The notes beneath the pieces are model-generated. The model was not told the origin of the DNA. It saw only the letters and a program-made list of their open reading frames with translations, and searched no databases. Shown one piece after another: positions 13,501 to 27,700 of a stretch of DNA of 64,000 nt. Within the stretch, counting starts at the first letter, position 1; every line of letters starts with the position of its first letter. Origin of the DNA: Eledone cirrhosa (lineage: Eukaryota); NCBI GenBank assembly GCA_964016885.1, contig OZ024746.1, forward strand, positions 52,142,001 through 52,206,000, in the 5' to 3' direction. Both the position numbers and the translations under genes were made by a program.

Positions 13501-16500
13501 TGGAGTAGTGTTTGGTATAGAATGGTGTATATAGGTGTGTCTTGTATGGTAAGGAATTCTATGTATTGGGTATGTTATACTTTGAATAGAGTTGTGTAAT
13601 TTATAGAATGGTGTATATAGAGGTGTGTTGTATGGTATGGAATTTTATGTATTGGGTATGTTATACTTAATATGGAGTAGTGTATGGTATAGAATGCTGT
13701 ATATATGTGTGTGTTGTATGGTGTGGAATTCTATGTATTGGGTATGTTATACTTTGTATGGAGTAGTGTATGGTATAGAATGGTGTATATAGGTGTGTGT
13801 TGTATGGTATGGAATTCTGTGGATTCGGTATGTTATACTTAGTATGGAGTAGTGTATGGTATAGAATGGTGTATATAGGTGTGTGTTGTATGGTATGGAA
13901 TTCTATGTATTGGGTATGTTATACTGAATATGGAATAGTGTATGGTATAGAATGGTGTATATAGGTGTATGTTGTAAGGTATGGAATTCTATGTATTGGG
14001 TATGTTATAATTTGTATGGAGTAGTGTATGGTATAGAATGGTGTATATAGGTGTGTGTCGTATGGTATGGATTTCTATATATTGGTTATGTTATATTTAG
14101 TATGGAGTAGTGTATGGCATAGAATGGTGTATATAGGTGTGTGTTGTATGGTATGGAATTCAATGTATTGGGTATGTTATACTTAGTATGAAGTAGTGAA
14201 TGGTATAGTATGGTGTATATAGGTGTGTCATGTATGGTAAGGAATTCTATGTATTGGGTATGTTATACTTAGTATGGAGTAGTGTATGTCATAGACTGGT
14301 GTATATAGGTGTGTGTTGTATGGTATGGAATTCTATGTATTGGGTATGTTATACTGTGTATGGAGTAGTGCATGGTATAGAATGGTGTATATAGGTGTGT
14401 GTTGTATGGTATCGAATTCTATGTATTGTGTATGTTATACTTTGTATGGAGTAGTGTATGGTATAGAATAGTGTATATAGGTGTGTGTTGTATGGTATGG
14501 AATTCTATGTATTGGGTATGTTTTACTGAATATGGAGTAGTGTATGGTATAGAATGGTGTATATAGGTGTGTGTTGTATGGTATGGAATTCTATGTATTG
14601 GGTATGTTATACTTAGTATGGAGTAGTGTTTGGTATAGAATGGTGTATATAGGTGTGTCTTGTATGGTAAGGAATTCTATGTATTGGGTATGTTATACTT
14701 TGAATAGAGTTGTGTAATTTATAGAATGGTGTATATAGAGGTGTGTTGTATGGTATGGAATTTTATGTATTGGGTATGTTATACTTAATATGGAGTAGTG
14801 TATGGTATAGAATGCTGTATATATGTGTGTGTTGTATGGTATGGAATTCTGTGTATTGGGTATGTTATACTTAGTATGGAGTAGTGTATGGTATAGAATG
14901 GTGTATATAGCTGTGTGTTGTATGGTATGGAATTCTATGTATTGGGTATGTTATACTGAATATGGAATAGTGTATGGTATAGAATGGTGTATATAGGTGT
15001 ATGTTGTAAGGTATGGAATTCTATGTATTGGGTATGTTATAATTTGTATGGAGTAGTGTATGGTATAGAATGGTGTATATAGGTGTGTGTCGTATGGTAT
15101 GGATTTCTATGTATTGGTTATGTTATATTTAGTATGGAGTAGTGTATGGCATAGAATGGTGTATATAGGTGTGTGTTGTATGGTATGGAATTCAATGTAT
15201 TGTGTATGTTATACTTAGTATGAAGTAGTGAATGGTATAGTATGGTGTATATAGGTGTGTCATGTATGGTAAGGAATTCTATGTATTGGGTATGTTATAC
15301 TTAGTATGGAGTAGTGTATGGTATAGAATGGTGTATATAGGTGTGTGTTGTATGGTATGGAATTCTATGTATTAGGTATGTTATACTGAGTATGGAGTAG
15401 TGTATGCTATCGAACTGTGTATATAGGTGTGTGTTGTATGGTATGGAATTCTATGAATTGGGTATGTTATATTTAGTATGGAGTAGTGTATGGTATAGAA
15501 TGGTGTATATAGGTGTGTGTTGTATAGTATGGAATTCTATGTATTGGGTATGTTATACTTAGTATGCAGTAGTGTATGGCATAGACTGGTGTATATAGGT
15601 GTGTGTTGTATGGTATGGAATGCTATGTATTGGTATGTTATACTTAGTATGGAGTAGTGTATGGTATAGAATGGTGTATATAGGTGTGTGTTGTATGTTA
15701 TGGAATTCTATGTATTGGTTATGTTATATTTAGTATGGAGTAGTGTATGGCATAGAATGGTGTATATAGGTGTGTGTTGTATGGTATGGAATTTTATGTA
15801 TTGGGTATGTTATACTTAGTATGGAGTAGTGTATGGTATAGTATGGTGTATATAGGTGTGTCTTGTATGGTAAGGAATTCTATGTATTGGGTATGTTATA
15901 CTTTGAATAGAGTAGTGTATGGTATAGAATGGTGTATATAGGTGTGTGTTGTATGGTATGGAATTCTATGTATTGGGTATGTGATATTTAGTATGGAGTA
16001 GTGTATGGCATAGACTGGTGAATATAGGTGTGTGTTGTATGTTATGGAATGCTATGTATTGGTTATGTTATACTTTGTATGGAGTAGTGTATGGTATAGA
16101 ATGGTGTATATAGGTGTGTGTTGTATGGTATGGAATTCTATGTATTGGGTATGTTATAGTTAGTATGGAGTAGTGTATGGTATAGAATGGTGTATATAGG
16201 TGTGTGTTGTATGGTATGGAATTCTATGTATTAGGTATGTTATACTGAGTATGGAGTAGTGTATGGTATCGAATGGTGTATATAGGTGTGTGTTGTATGG
16301 TATCGAATGGTGTATATAGGTGTGTGTTGTATGGTATGGAATTCTATGAATTGGGTATGTTATATTTAGTATAGAGTAGTGTATGGTATAGAATGGTGTA
16401 TATAGGTGTGTGTTGTATGGTATGGAATTCTATGTATTGGGTATGTTATATTAGTATGGAGTAGTGTATGGCATAGACTGGTGTATATAGGTGTGTGTTG

Positions 16501-17029
16501 TATGGTATGGAATGCTATGTATTGGGTATGTTATACTTAGTATGGAGTAGAGTATGGTATAGAATGGTGTATATAGGTGTGTGTTGTATGGTATGGAATT
16601 CTATGTATTGGTTATGTTATATTTAGTATGGAGTAGTGTATGGCATAGAATGGTGTATTACGGTGTATGTTGTATGGTATGGAATTCTATGTATTGGGTA
16701 TGTTATACTTAGTATGGAGTAGTGTATGGTATAGTATGGTGTATATAGGTGTGTCTTGTATGGTAAGGAACTCTATATATTGGGTATGTTATACTTTGAA
16801 TAGAGTAGTGTATGTCATAGGCTGGTGAATATAGGTGTGTGTTGTATGTTATGAAATGCTATATATTGGGTATGTTATACTTTGGATGGAGTAGTGTATG
16901 GTATAGAATGGTGTATATAGGTGTGTGTTGTAAGGTATGGAATTCTATGTATTAGGTACGTTATATTGAGTATGGAGTAGTGTATGGTATAGAATGGTGT
17001 ATATAGGTGTGTGTTGTATGGTATGGAAT

Positions 17030-19440
17030 TCTATATATTGGTTATGTTATACTTAATATGGAGTAGTGTATGGTATAGAATGGTGTATATAGGTGTGTGT
17101 TGTATGGTATGGAATTCTATGTATTAGGTATGTTATACTGAGTATGGAGTAGTGTATGGTATAGATTGGTGTATATAGGTGCGTGTTGTATGGTATGGAA
17201 TTCTATGAATTGGGTATGTTATATTTAGTATGGAGTAGTGTATGGCATAGACTGGTGTATATAGGTGTGTGTTGTATGGTATGGAATTTTATGTATTGGG
17301 TATGTTATACTTTGTATGGAGTAGTGTATGGTATAGAATGGTGTATATAGATGTGTGCTGTATGGTATGGAATTCTATGTATTAGGTATGTTATACTGAG
17401 TATGGATTAGTGTAAGGTATAGAATGGTGTATATAGGTGTGTGTTGTATGGTATGGAATTCTATGAATTGGGTATGTTATATTTAGTATGGAGTAGTGTA
17501 TGGTATAGAATGGTGTATATAGGTGTGTGTTGTATGGTATGGAATTCTATGTATTGGGTATGTTATACTTAGTATGGAGTAGTGTATGGCATAGACTGGT
17601 GTATATAGGTGTGTGTTGTATGGAATGGAATGCTATGTATTGGGTATGTTATACTTTGTATGGAGTAGCGTATGGTATAGAATGGTGTATATAGGTGTGT
17701 GTTGTATGGTATGGAATTCTATGTATTGGGTATGTTATACTTAGTATGGAGTAGTGTATGGTATAGAATGGTGTATATAGCTGTGTGTCGTATGGTATGG
17801 AATTCTATGTATTGGTTATGTTATATTTAGTATGGAGTAGTGTATGGCATAGAATGGTGTATATAGGTGTGTGTTGTATGGTATGGAATTCAATGTATTG
17901 GGTATGTTATACTTAGTATGAAGTAGTGAATGGTATAGTATGGTGTATATAAGTGTGTCATGTATGGCAAGGAATTCTATGTGTTGGGTATGTTATACTT
18001 TGAATAGAGTAGTGTATGGTATAGAATGGTGTATATAGATGTGTGTTGTATGGTATGGAATTTTATGTATTGGGTATGTTATACTTAATATGGAGTAGTG
18101 TATGGTATAGAATGCTGTATATATGTGTGTGTTGTATGGTATGGAATTCTATGTATTGTGTATGTTATATTTTTTATGGTGTAGTGTATGGTATAGAATG
18201 GTGTATATAGGTGTGTGTTGTATGGTATGGAATTCTATATATTGGTTATGTTATACTGAATATGGAATAGTGTATGGTATAGAATGGTGTATATAGGTGT
18301 GTGTTGTATGGTATGGAATTCTATGTATTAGGTATGTTATACTGAGTATGGAGTAGTGTATGGTATAGATTGGTGTATATAGGTGCGTGTTGTATGGTAT
18401 GGAATACTATGAATTGGGTATGTTATATTTAGTATGGAGTAGTGTATGGCATAGACTGGTGTATATAGGTGTGTGTTGTATGGTATGGAATTTTATGTAT
18501 TGGGTATGTTATACTTTGTATGGAGTAGTGTATGGTATAGAATGGTGTATATAGATGTGTGCTGTATGGTATGGAATTCTATGTATTAGGTATGTTATAC
18601 TGAGTATGGATTAGTGTAAGGTATAGAATGGTGTATATAGGTGTGTGTTGTATGGTATGGAATTCTATGAATTGGGTATATTATATTTAGTATGGAGTAG
18701 TGTATGGTATAGAATGGTGTATATAGGTGTGTGTTGTATGGTATGGAATTCTATGTATTGGGTATGTTATACTTAGTATGGAGTAGTGTATGGCATAGAC
18801 TGGTGTATATAGGTGTGTGTTGTATGGAATGGAATGCTATGTATTGGGTATGTTATACTTTGTATGGAGTAGCGTATGGTATAGAATGGTGTATATAGGT
18901 GTGTGTTGTATGGTATGGAATTCTATGTATTGGGTATGTTATACTTAGTATGGAGTAGTGTATGGTATAGAATGGTGTATATAGCTGTGTGTCGTATGGT
19001 ATGGAATTCTATGTATTGGTTATGTTATATTTAGTATGGAGTAGTGTATGGCATAGAATGGTGTATATAGGTGTGTGTTGTATGGTATGGAATTCAATGT
19101 ATTGGGTATGTTATACTTAGTATGAAGTAGTGAATGGTATAGTATGGTGTATATAAGTGTGTCATGTATGGCAAGGAATTCTATGTGTTGGGTATGTTAT
19201 ACTTTGAATAGAGTAGTGTATGGTATAGAATGGTGTATATAGATGTGTGTTGTATGGTATGGAATTTTATGTATTGGGTATGTTATACTTAATATGGAGT
19301 AGTGTATGGTATAGAATGCTGTATATATGTGTGTGTTGTATGGTATGGAATTCTATGTATTGTGTATGTTATATTTTGTATGGTGTAGTGTATGGTATAG
19401 AATGGTGTATATAGGTGTGTGTTGTATGGTATGGAATTCT
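17030..19440. repeat. Tandem duplication of a 14-monomer (1204 bp) block
   Basis: ATAGATT..GTGCG occurs at 17161 and 18365. GGATTAGTGTAAGG (about 17.40 and 18.61 kb) and ATAAGTGTGTCATG (about 17.95 and 19.15 kb) recur at the same 1204 offset. Confidence 0.9.
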
Positions 19441-22400
19441 ATGTATTGGGTATGTTATACTGAATATGGAATAGTGTATGGTATAGAATGGTGTATATAG
19501 GTGTATGTTGTAAGGTATGGAATTCTATGTATTGGATATGTTATAATTTGTATGGAGTAGTGTATGGTATAGAATGGTGTATATAGGTGTGTGTCGTATG
19601 GTATGGATTTCTATGTATTGGTTATGTTATATTTAGTATGGAGTAGTGTATAGCATAGAATGGTGTATATAGGTGTGTGTTGTATGGTATGGAATTCAAT
19701 GTATTGGGTATGTTATACTTAGTATGAAGTAGTGAATGGTATAGTATGGTGTATATAGGTGTGTCATGTATGGTAAGGAATTCTATGTATTGGGTATGTT
19801 ATACTTAGTATGGAGTAGTGTATGGTATAGAATGGTGTATATAGGTGTGTGTTGTATGGTATGGAATTCTATGTATTAGGTATGTTATACTGAGTATGGA
19901 GTAGTGTATGGTATCGAATGGTGTATATAGGTGTGTGTTGTATGGTATGGAATTCTATGAATTGGGTATGTTATATTTAGTATGGAGTAGTGTATGGTAT
20001 AGAATGGTGTATATAGGTGTGTGTTGTATAGTATGGAATTCTATGTATTGGGTATGTTATACATAGTATGGAGTAGTGTATGGCATAGACTGGTGTATAT
20101 AGCTGTGTGTTGTATGGTATGGAATGCTATGTATTGGGTATGTTATACTTAGTATGGAGTAGAGTATGGTATAGAATGGTGTATATAGGTGTGTGTTGTA
20201 TGGTATGGAATTTTATGTATTGGGTATGTTATACTTAGTATGGAGTAGTGTATGGTATAGTATGGTGTATATAGGTGTGTCTTGTATGGTAAGGAATTCT
20301 ATGTATTGGGTATGTTATACTTTGAATAGAGTAGTGTATGGTATCGAATGGTGTATATAGGTGTGTGTTGTATGGTATCGAATGGTGTATATAGGTGTGT
20401 GTTGTATGGTATGGAATTCTATGAATTGGGTATGTTATACTGAGTGTGGAGTAGTGTATGGTATCGAATGGTGTATATAGGTGTGTGTGGTATGGTATCG
20501 AATGGTGTATATAGGTGTGTGTTGTATGGTATGGAATTCTATGAATTGGGTATGTTATATTTAGTATGGAGTAGTGTATGGTATAGAATGGTGTATATAG
20601 GTGTGTGTTGTATGGTATGGAATTCTATGTATTGGGTATGTTATACTTAGTATGGAGTAGTGTATGGCATAGACTGGTGTATATAGGTGTGTGTTGTATG
20701 GTATGGAATGCTATGTATTGGGTATGTTATACTTAGTATGGAGTAGAGTATGGTATAGAATGGTGTATATAGGTGTGTGTTGTATGGTATGGAATTCTAT
20801 GTATTGGTTATGTTATATTTAGTATGGAGTAGTGTATGGCATAGAATGGTGTATTACGGTGTATGTTGTATGGTATGGAATTCTATGTATTGGGTATGTT
20901 ATACTTAGTATGGAGTAGTGTATGGTATAGTATGGTGTATATAGGTGTGTCTTGTATGGTAAGGAATTCTATGTATTGGGTATGTTATACTTTGAATAGA
21001 GTAGTGTATGGCATAGGCTGGTGAATATAGGTGTGTGTTGTATGTTATGGAATGCTATGTATTGGGTATGTTATACTTTGTATGGAGTAGTGTATGGTAT
21101 AGAATGGTGTATATAGGTGTGTGTTGTATGGTATGGAATTCTATGTATTGGGTATGTTATACTTAGTATGGAGTAGTGTATGGCATAGACTGGTGTATAT
21201 AGGTGTGTGTTGTATGGTATGGAATTTTATGTATTGGGTATGTTATACTTTGTATGGAGTAGTGTATGGTATAGAATGGTGTATATAGGTGTGTGTTGTA
21301 TTGCATGGAATTCTATGTATTGGGTATGTTATACTTAGTATGGAGTAGTGTATGGCATAGACTGGTGTATATAGGTGTGTGTTGTATGGTATGGAATGCT
21401 ATGTATTGGGTATGTTATACTTTGTATGGAGTAGTGTATGGTATAGAATGGTGTATATAGGTGTGTGTTGTATGGTATGGAATTCTATGTATTGGGTATG
21501 TTATACTTAGTATGGAGTAGTGTATGGTATAGAATGGTGTATATAGGTGTGTGTCTTATGGTATGGAATTCTATGTATTGGTTATGTTATATTTAGTATG
21601 GAGTAGTGTATGGCATAGAATAGTGTATATAGGTGTGTGTTGTATGGTATGGAATTCTATGTATTGGGTATGTTATACTTTGAATAGAGTAGTGTATGGT
21701 ATAGAATGGTGTATATAGATGTGTGCTGTATGGTATGGAATTCTATGTATTAGGTATGTTATACTGAGTATGGATTAGTCTATGGTATAGAATGGTGTAT
21801 ATAGGTGTGTGTTGTATGGTATGGAATTCTATGAATTGGGTATGTTATACTTAGTATGGGGTAGTGTATGGTATAGAATGGTGTATATAGGTGTGTGTTG
21901 TATGGTATGGAATTCTATGTATTGGGTATGTTATACTGAGTATGGGGTAGTGTATGGTATAGAATGGTGTATATAGGTGTGTGTTGTATGGTATGGAATT
22001 CTATGTATTAGGTATGTTATACTGAGTATGGATTAGTGTATGGTATAGAATGGTGTATATAGGTGTGTGTTTTATGGTATGGAATTCTATGTATTGGTTA
22101 TGTTATATTTAGTATGGAGTAGTGTATGGCATAGAATGGTGTATATAGGTGTGTGTTGTATGGTATGAAATTCTATGTATTGGGTATGTTATACTTTGAA
22201 TAGAGTAGTGTATGGTATAGAATGGTGTATATAGATGTGTGCTGTATGGTATGGAATTCTATGTATTAGGTATGTTATACTGAGTATGGATTAGTGTATG
22301 GTATAGAATGGTGTATATAGGTGTGTGTTGTATGGTATGGAATTCTATGAATTGGGTATGTTATACTGAGTATGGAGTAGTGTATGGTATCGAATGGTGT

Positions 22401-24890
22401 ATATAGGTGTGTGTTGTATGGTATCGAATGGTGTATATAGGTGTGTGTTGTATGGTATGGAATTCTATGAATTGGGTATGTTATATTTAGTATGGAGTAG
22501 TGTATGGCATAGAATGGTGTATTACGGTGTATGTTGTATGGTATGGAATTCTATGTATTGGGTATGTTATACTTAGTATGGAGTAGTGTATGGTATAGTA
22601 TGGTGTATATAGGTGTGTCTTGTATGGTAAGGAATTCTATGTATTGGATATGTTATACTTTGAATAGAGTAGTGTATGGCATAGGCTGGTGAATATAGGT
22701 GTGTGTTGTATGTTATGGAATGCTATGTATTGGGTATGTTATACTTTGTATGGAGTAGTGTATGGTATAGAATGGTGTATATAGGTGTGTGTTGTATGGT
22801 ATGGAATTCTATGTATTGGGTATGTTATACTTAGTATGGAGTAGTGTATGGCATAGACTGGTGTATATAGGTGTGTGTTGTATGGTATGCTATGTATTGG
22901 GTATGTTATACTTTGTATGGAGTAGTGTATGGTATAGAATGGTGTATATAGGTGTGTGTTGTATTGCATGGAATTCTATGTATTGGGTATGTTATACTTA
23001 GTATGGAGTAGAGTATGGTATAGAATGGTGTATATAGGTGTGTGTTGTATGGTATGGAATTTTACGTATTGGTTATGTTATATTTAGTATGGAGTAGTGT
23101 ATGGCATAGAATGGTGTATATAGGTGTGTGTTGTATGGTATGGAATTTTATGTATTGGGTATGTTATACTTAGTATGGAGTAGTGTATGGTATAGTATGG
23201 TGTATATAGGTGTGTCTTGTATGGTAAGGAATTCTATGTATTGGGTATGTTATACTTTGAATAGAGTAGTGTATGGTATCGAATGGTGTATATAGGTGTG
23301 TGTTGTATGGTATCGAATGGTGTATATAGGTGTGTGTTGTATGGTATGGAATTCTATGAATTGGGTATGTTATACTGAGTGTGGAGTAGTGTATGGTATC
23401 GAATGGTGTATATAGGTGTGTGTTGTATGGTATCGAATGGTGTATATAGGTGTGTGTTGTATGGTATGGAATTCTATGAATTGGGTATGTTATATTTAGT
23501 ATGGAGTAGTGTATGGTATAGAATGGTGTATATAGGTGTGTGTTGTATGGTATGGAATTCTATGTATTGGGTATGTTATACTTAGTATGGAGTAGTGTAT
23601 GGCATAGACTGGTGTATATAGGTGTGTGTTGTATGGTATGGAATGCTATATATTGGGTATGTTATACTTAGTATGGAGTAGAGTATGGTATAGAATGGTG
23701 TATATAGGTGTGTGTTGTATGGTATGGAATTCTATGTATTGGTTATGTTATATTTAGTATGGAGTAGTGTATGGCATAGAATGGTGTATTACGGTGTATG
23801 TTGTATGGTATGGAATTCTATGTATTGGGTATGTTATACTTAGTATGGAGTAGTGTATGGTATAGTATGGTGTATATAGGTGTGTCTTGTATGGTAAGGA
23901 ATTCTATGTATTGGGTATGTTATACTTTGAATAGAGTAGTGTATGGCATAGGCTGGTGAATATAGGTGTGTGTTGTATGTTATGGAATGCTATGTATTGG
24001 GTATGTTATACTTTGTATGGAGTAGTGTATGGTATAGAATGGTGTATATAGGTGTGTGTTGTATGGTATGGAATTCTATGTATTGGGTATGTTATACTTA
24101 GTATGGAGTAGTGTATGGCATAGACTGGTGTATATAGGTGTGTGTTGTATGGTATGGAATGCTATGTATTGGGTATGTTATACTTTGTATGGAGTAGTGT
24201 ATGGCATAGACTGGTGTATATAGGTGTGTGTTGTATGGTATGGAATTTTATGTATTGGGTATGTTATACTTTGTATGGAGTAGTGTATGGTATAGAATGG
24301 TGTATATAGGTGTGTGTTGTATTGCATGGAATTCTATGTATTGGGTATGTTATACTTAGTATGGAGTAGTGTATGGCATAGACTGGTGTATATAGGTGTG
24401 TGTTGTATGGTATGGAATGCTATGTATTGGGTATGTTATACTTTGTATGGAGTAGTGTATGGTATAGAATGGTGTATATAGGTGTGTGTTGTATGGTATG
24501 GAATTCTATGTATTGGGTATGTTATACTTAGTATGGAGTAGTGTATGGTATAGAATGGTGTATATAGGTGTGTGTCTTATGGTATGGAATTCTATGTATT
24601 GGTTATGTTATATTTAGTATGGAGTAGTGTATGGCATAGAATGGTGTATATAGGTGTGTGTTGTATGGTATGGAATTCTATGAATTGGGTATGTTATATT
24701 TAGTATGGAGTAGTGTATGGTATAGAATGGTGTATATAGGTGTGTGTTGTATGGTATGGAATTCTATGTATTGGGTATGTTATACTTAGTATGGAGTAGT
24801 GTATGGCATAGACTGGTGTATATAGGTGTGTGTTGTATGGTAAGGAATTCTATGTATTGGGTATGTTATACTTTGAATAGAGTAGTGTAT

Positions 24891-27700
24891 GGTATAGAAT
24901 GGTGTATATAGATGTGTGCTGTATGGTATGGAATTCAATGTATTAGGTATGTTATACTGAGTATGGATTAGTGTATGGTATAGAATGGTGTATATAGGTG
25001 TGTGTTTTATGGTATGGAATTCTATGAATTGGGTATGTTATATTTAGTATGGAGTAGTGTATGGTATAGAATGGTGTATATAGGTGTGTGTTGTATGGTA
25101 TGGAATTCTATGTATTGGGTATGTTATACTTAGTATGGAGTAGTGTTTGGTATAGAATGGTGTATATAGGTGTGTCTTGTATGGTAAGGAATTCTATGTA
25201 TTGGGTATGTTATACTTTGAATAGAGTTGTGTTATTTATAGAATGGTGTATATAGAGGTGTGTTGTATGGTATGGAATTTTATGTATTGGGTATGTTATA
25301 CTTAATATGGAGTAGTGTATGGTATAGAATGCTGTATATATGTGTGTGTTGTATGGTGTGGAATTCTATGTATTGGGTATGTTATACTTTGTATGGAGTA
25401 GTGTATGGTATAGAATGGTGTATATAGGTGTGTGTTGTATGGTATGGAATTCTGTGGATTCGGTATGTTATACTTAGTATGGAGTAGTGTATGGTATAGA
25501 ATGGTGTATATAGGTGTGTGTTGTATGGTATGGAATTCTATGTATTGGGTATGTTATACTGAATATGGAATAGTGTATGGTATAGAATGGTGTATATAGG
25601 TGTATGTTGTAAGGTATGGAATTCTATGTATTGGGTATGTTATAATTTGTATGGAGTAGTGTATGGTATAGAATGGTGTATATAGGTGTGTGTCGTATGG
25701 TATGGATTTCTATATATTGGTTATGTTATATTTAGTATGGAGTACTGTATGGCATAGAATGGTGTATATAGGTGTGTGTTGTATGGTATGGAATTCAATG
25801 TATTGGGTATGTTATACTTAGTATGAAGTAGTGAATGGTATAGTATGGTGTATATAGGTGTGTCATGTATGGTAAGGAATTCTATGTATTGGGTATGTTA
25901 TACTTAGTATGGAGTAGTGTATGGCATAGACTGGTGTATATAGGTGTGTGTTGTATGGTGTGGAATTCTATGTATTGGGTATGTTATACTTTGTATGGAG
26001 TAGTGTATGGTATAGAATGGTGTATATAGGTGTGTGTTGTATGGTATGGAATTCTATGTATTGGGTATGTTATACTTAGTATGGAGTAGTGTATGTCATA
26101 GACTGGTGTATATAGGTGTGTGTTGTATGGTATGGAATTCTATGTATTGGGTATGTTATACTGTGTATGGAGTAGTGTATGGTATAGAATGGTGTATATA
26201 GGTGTGTGTTGTATGGTATCGAATTCTATGTATTGTGTATGTTATACTTTGTATGGAGTAGTGTATGGTATAGAATAGTGTATATAGGTGTGTGTTGTAT
26301 GGTATGGAATTCTATGTATTGGGTATGTTTTACTGAATATGGAGTAGTGTATGGTATAGAATGGTGTATATAGATGTGTGCTGTATGGTATGGAATTCTA
26401 TTTATTAGGTATGTTATACTGAGTATGGATTAGTGTATGGTATAGAATGGTGTATATAGGTGTGTGTTTTATGGTATGGAATTCTATGAATTGGGTATGT
26501 TATATTTAGTATGGAGTAGTGTATGGTATAGAATGGTGTATATAGGTGTGTGTTGTATGGTATGGAATTCTATGTATTGGGTATGTTATACTTAGTATGG
26601 AGTAGTGTTTGGTATAGAATGGTGTATATAGGTGTGTCTTGTATGGTAAGGAATTCTATGTATTGGGTATGTTATACTTTGAATAGAGTTGTGTAATTTA
26701 TAGAATGGTGTATATAGAGGTGTGTTGTATGGTATGGAATTTTATGTATTGGGTATGTTATACTTAATATGGAGTAGTGTATGGTATAGAATGCTGTATA
26801 TATGTGTGTGTTGTATGGTGTGGAATTCTATGTATTGGGTATGTTATACTTTGTATGGAGTAGTGTATGGTATAGAATGGTGTATATAGGTGTGTGTTGT
26901 ATGGTATGGAATTCTGTGGATTCGGTATGTTATACTTAGTATGGAGTAGTGTATGGTATAGAATGGTGTATATAGGTGTGTGTTGTATGGTATGGAATTC
27001 TATGTATTGGGTATGTTATACTGAATATGGAATAGTGTATGGTATAGAATGGTGTATATAGGTGTATGTCGTATGGTATGGATTTCTATATATTGGTTAT
27101 GTTATATTTAGTATGGAGTAGTGTATGGCATAGAATGGTGTATATAGGTGTGTGTTGTATGGTATGGAATTCAATGTATTGGGTATGTTATACTTAGTAT
27201 GAAGTAGTGAATGGTATAGTATGGTGTATATAGGTGTGTCATGTATGGTAAGGAATTCTATGTATTGGGTATGTTATACTTAGTATGGAGTAGTGTATGG
27301 CATAGACTGGTGTATATAGGTGTGTGTTGTATGGTGTGGAATTCTATGTATTGGGTATGTTATACTTTGTATGGAGTAGTGTATGGTATAGAATGGTGTA
27401 TATAGGTGTGTGTTGTATGGTATGGAATTCTATGTATTGGGTATGTTATACTTAGTATGGAGTAGTGTATGTCATAGACTGGTGTATATAGGTGTGTGTT
27501 GTATGGTATGGAATTCTATGTATTGGGTATGTTATACTGTGTATGGAGTAGTGTATGGTATAGAATGGTGTATATAGGTGTGTGTTGTATGGTATCGAAT
27601 TCTATGTATTGTGTATGTTATACTTTGTATGGAGTAGTGTATGGTATAGAATAGTGTATATAGGTGTGTGTTGTATGGTATGGAATTCTATGTATTGGGT
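24891..27700. repeat. Tandem duplication of a 17-monomer (1462 bp) block; the second copy has lost one monomer
   Basis: GATGTGTGCTG at 24911/26373, TGTGTTTTAT at 25001/26463 and TCTGTGGATTCGG at 25451/26913 are all 1462 apart. The offset drops by 86 after a fused monomer at about 27065. Confidence 0.88.
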
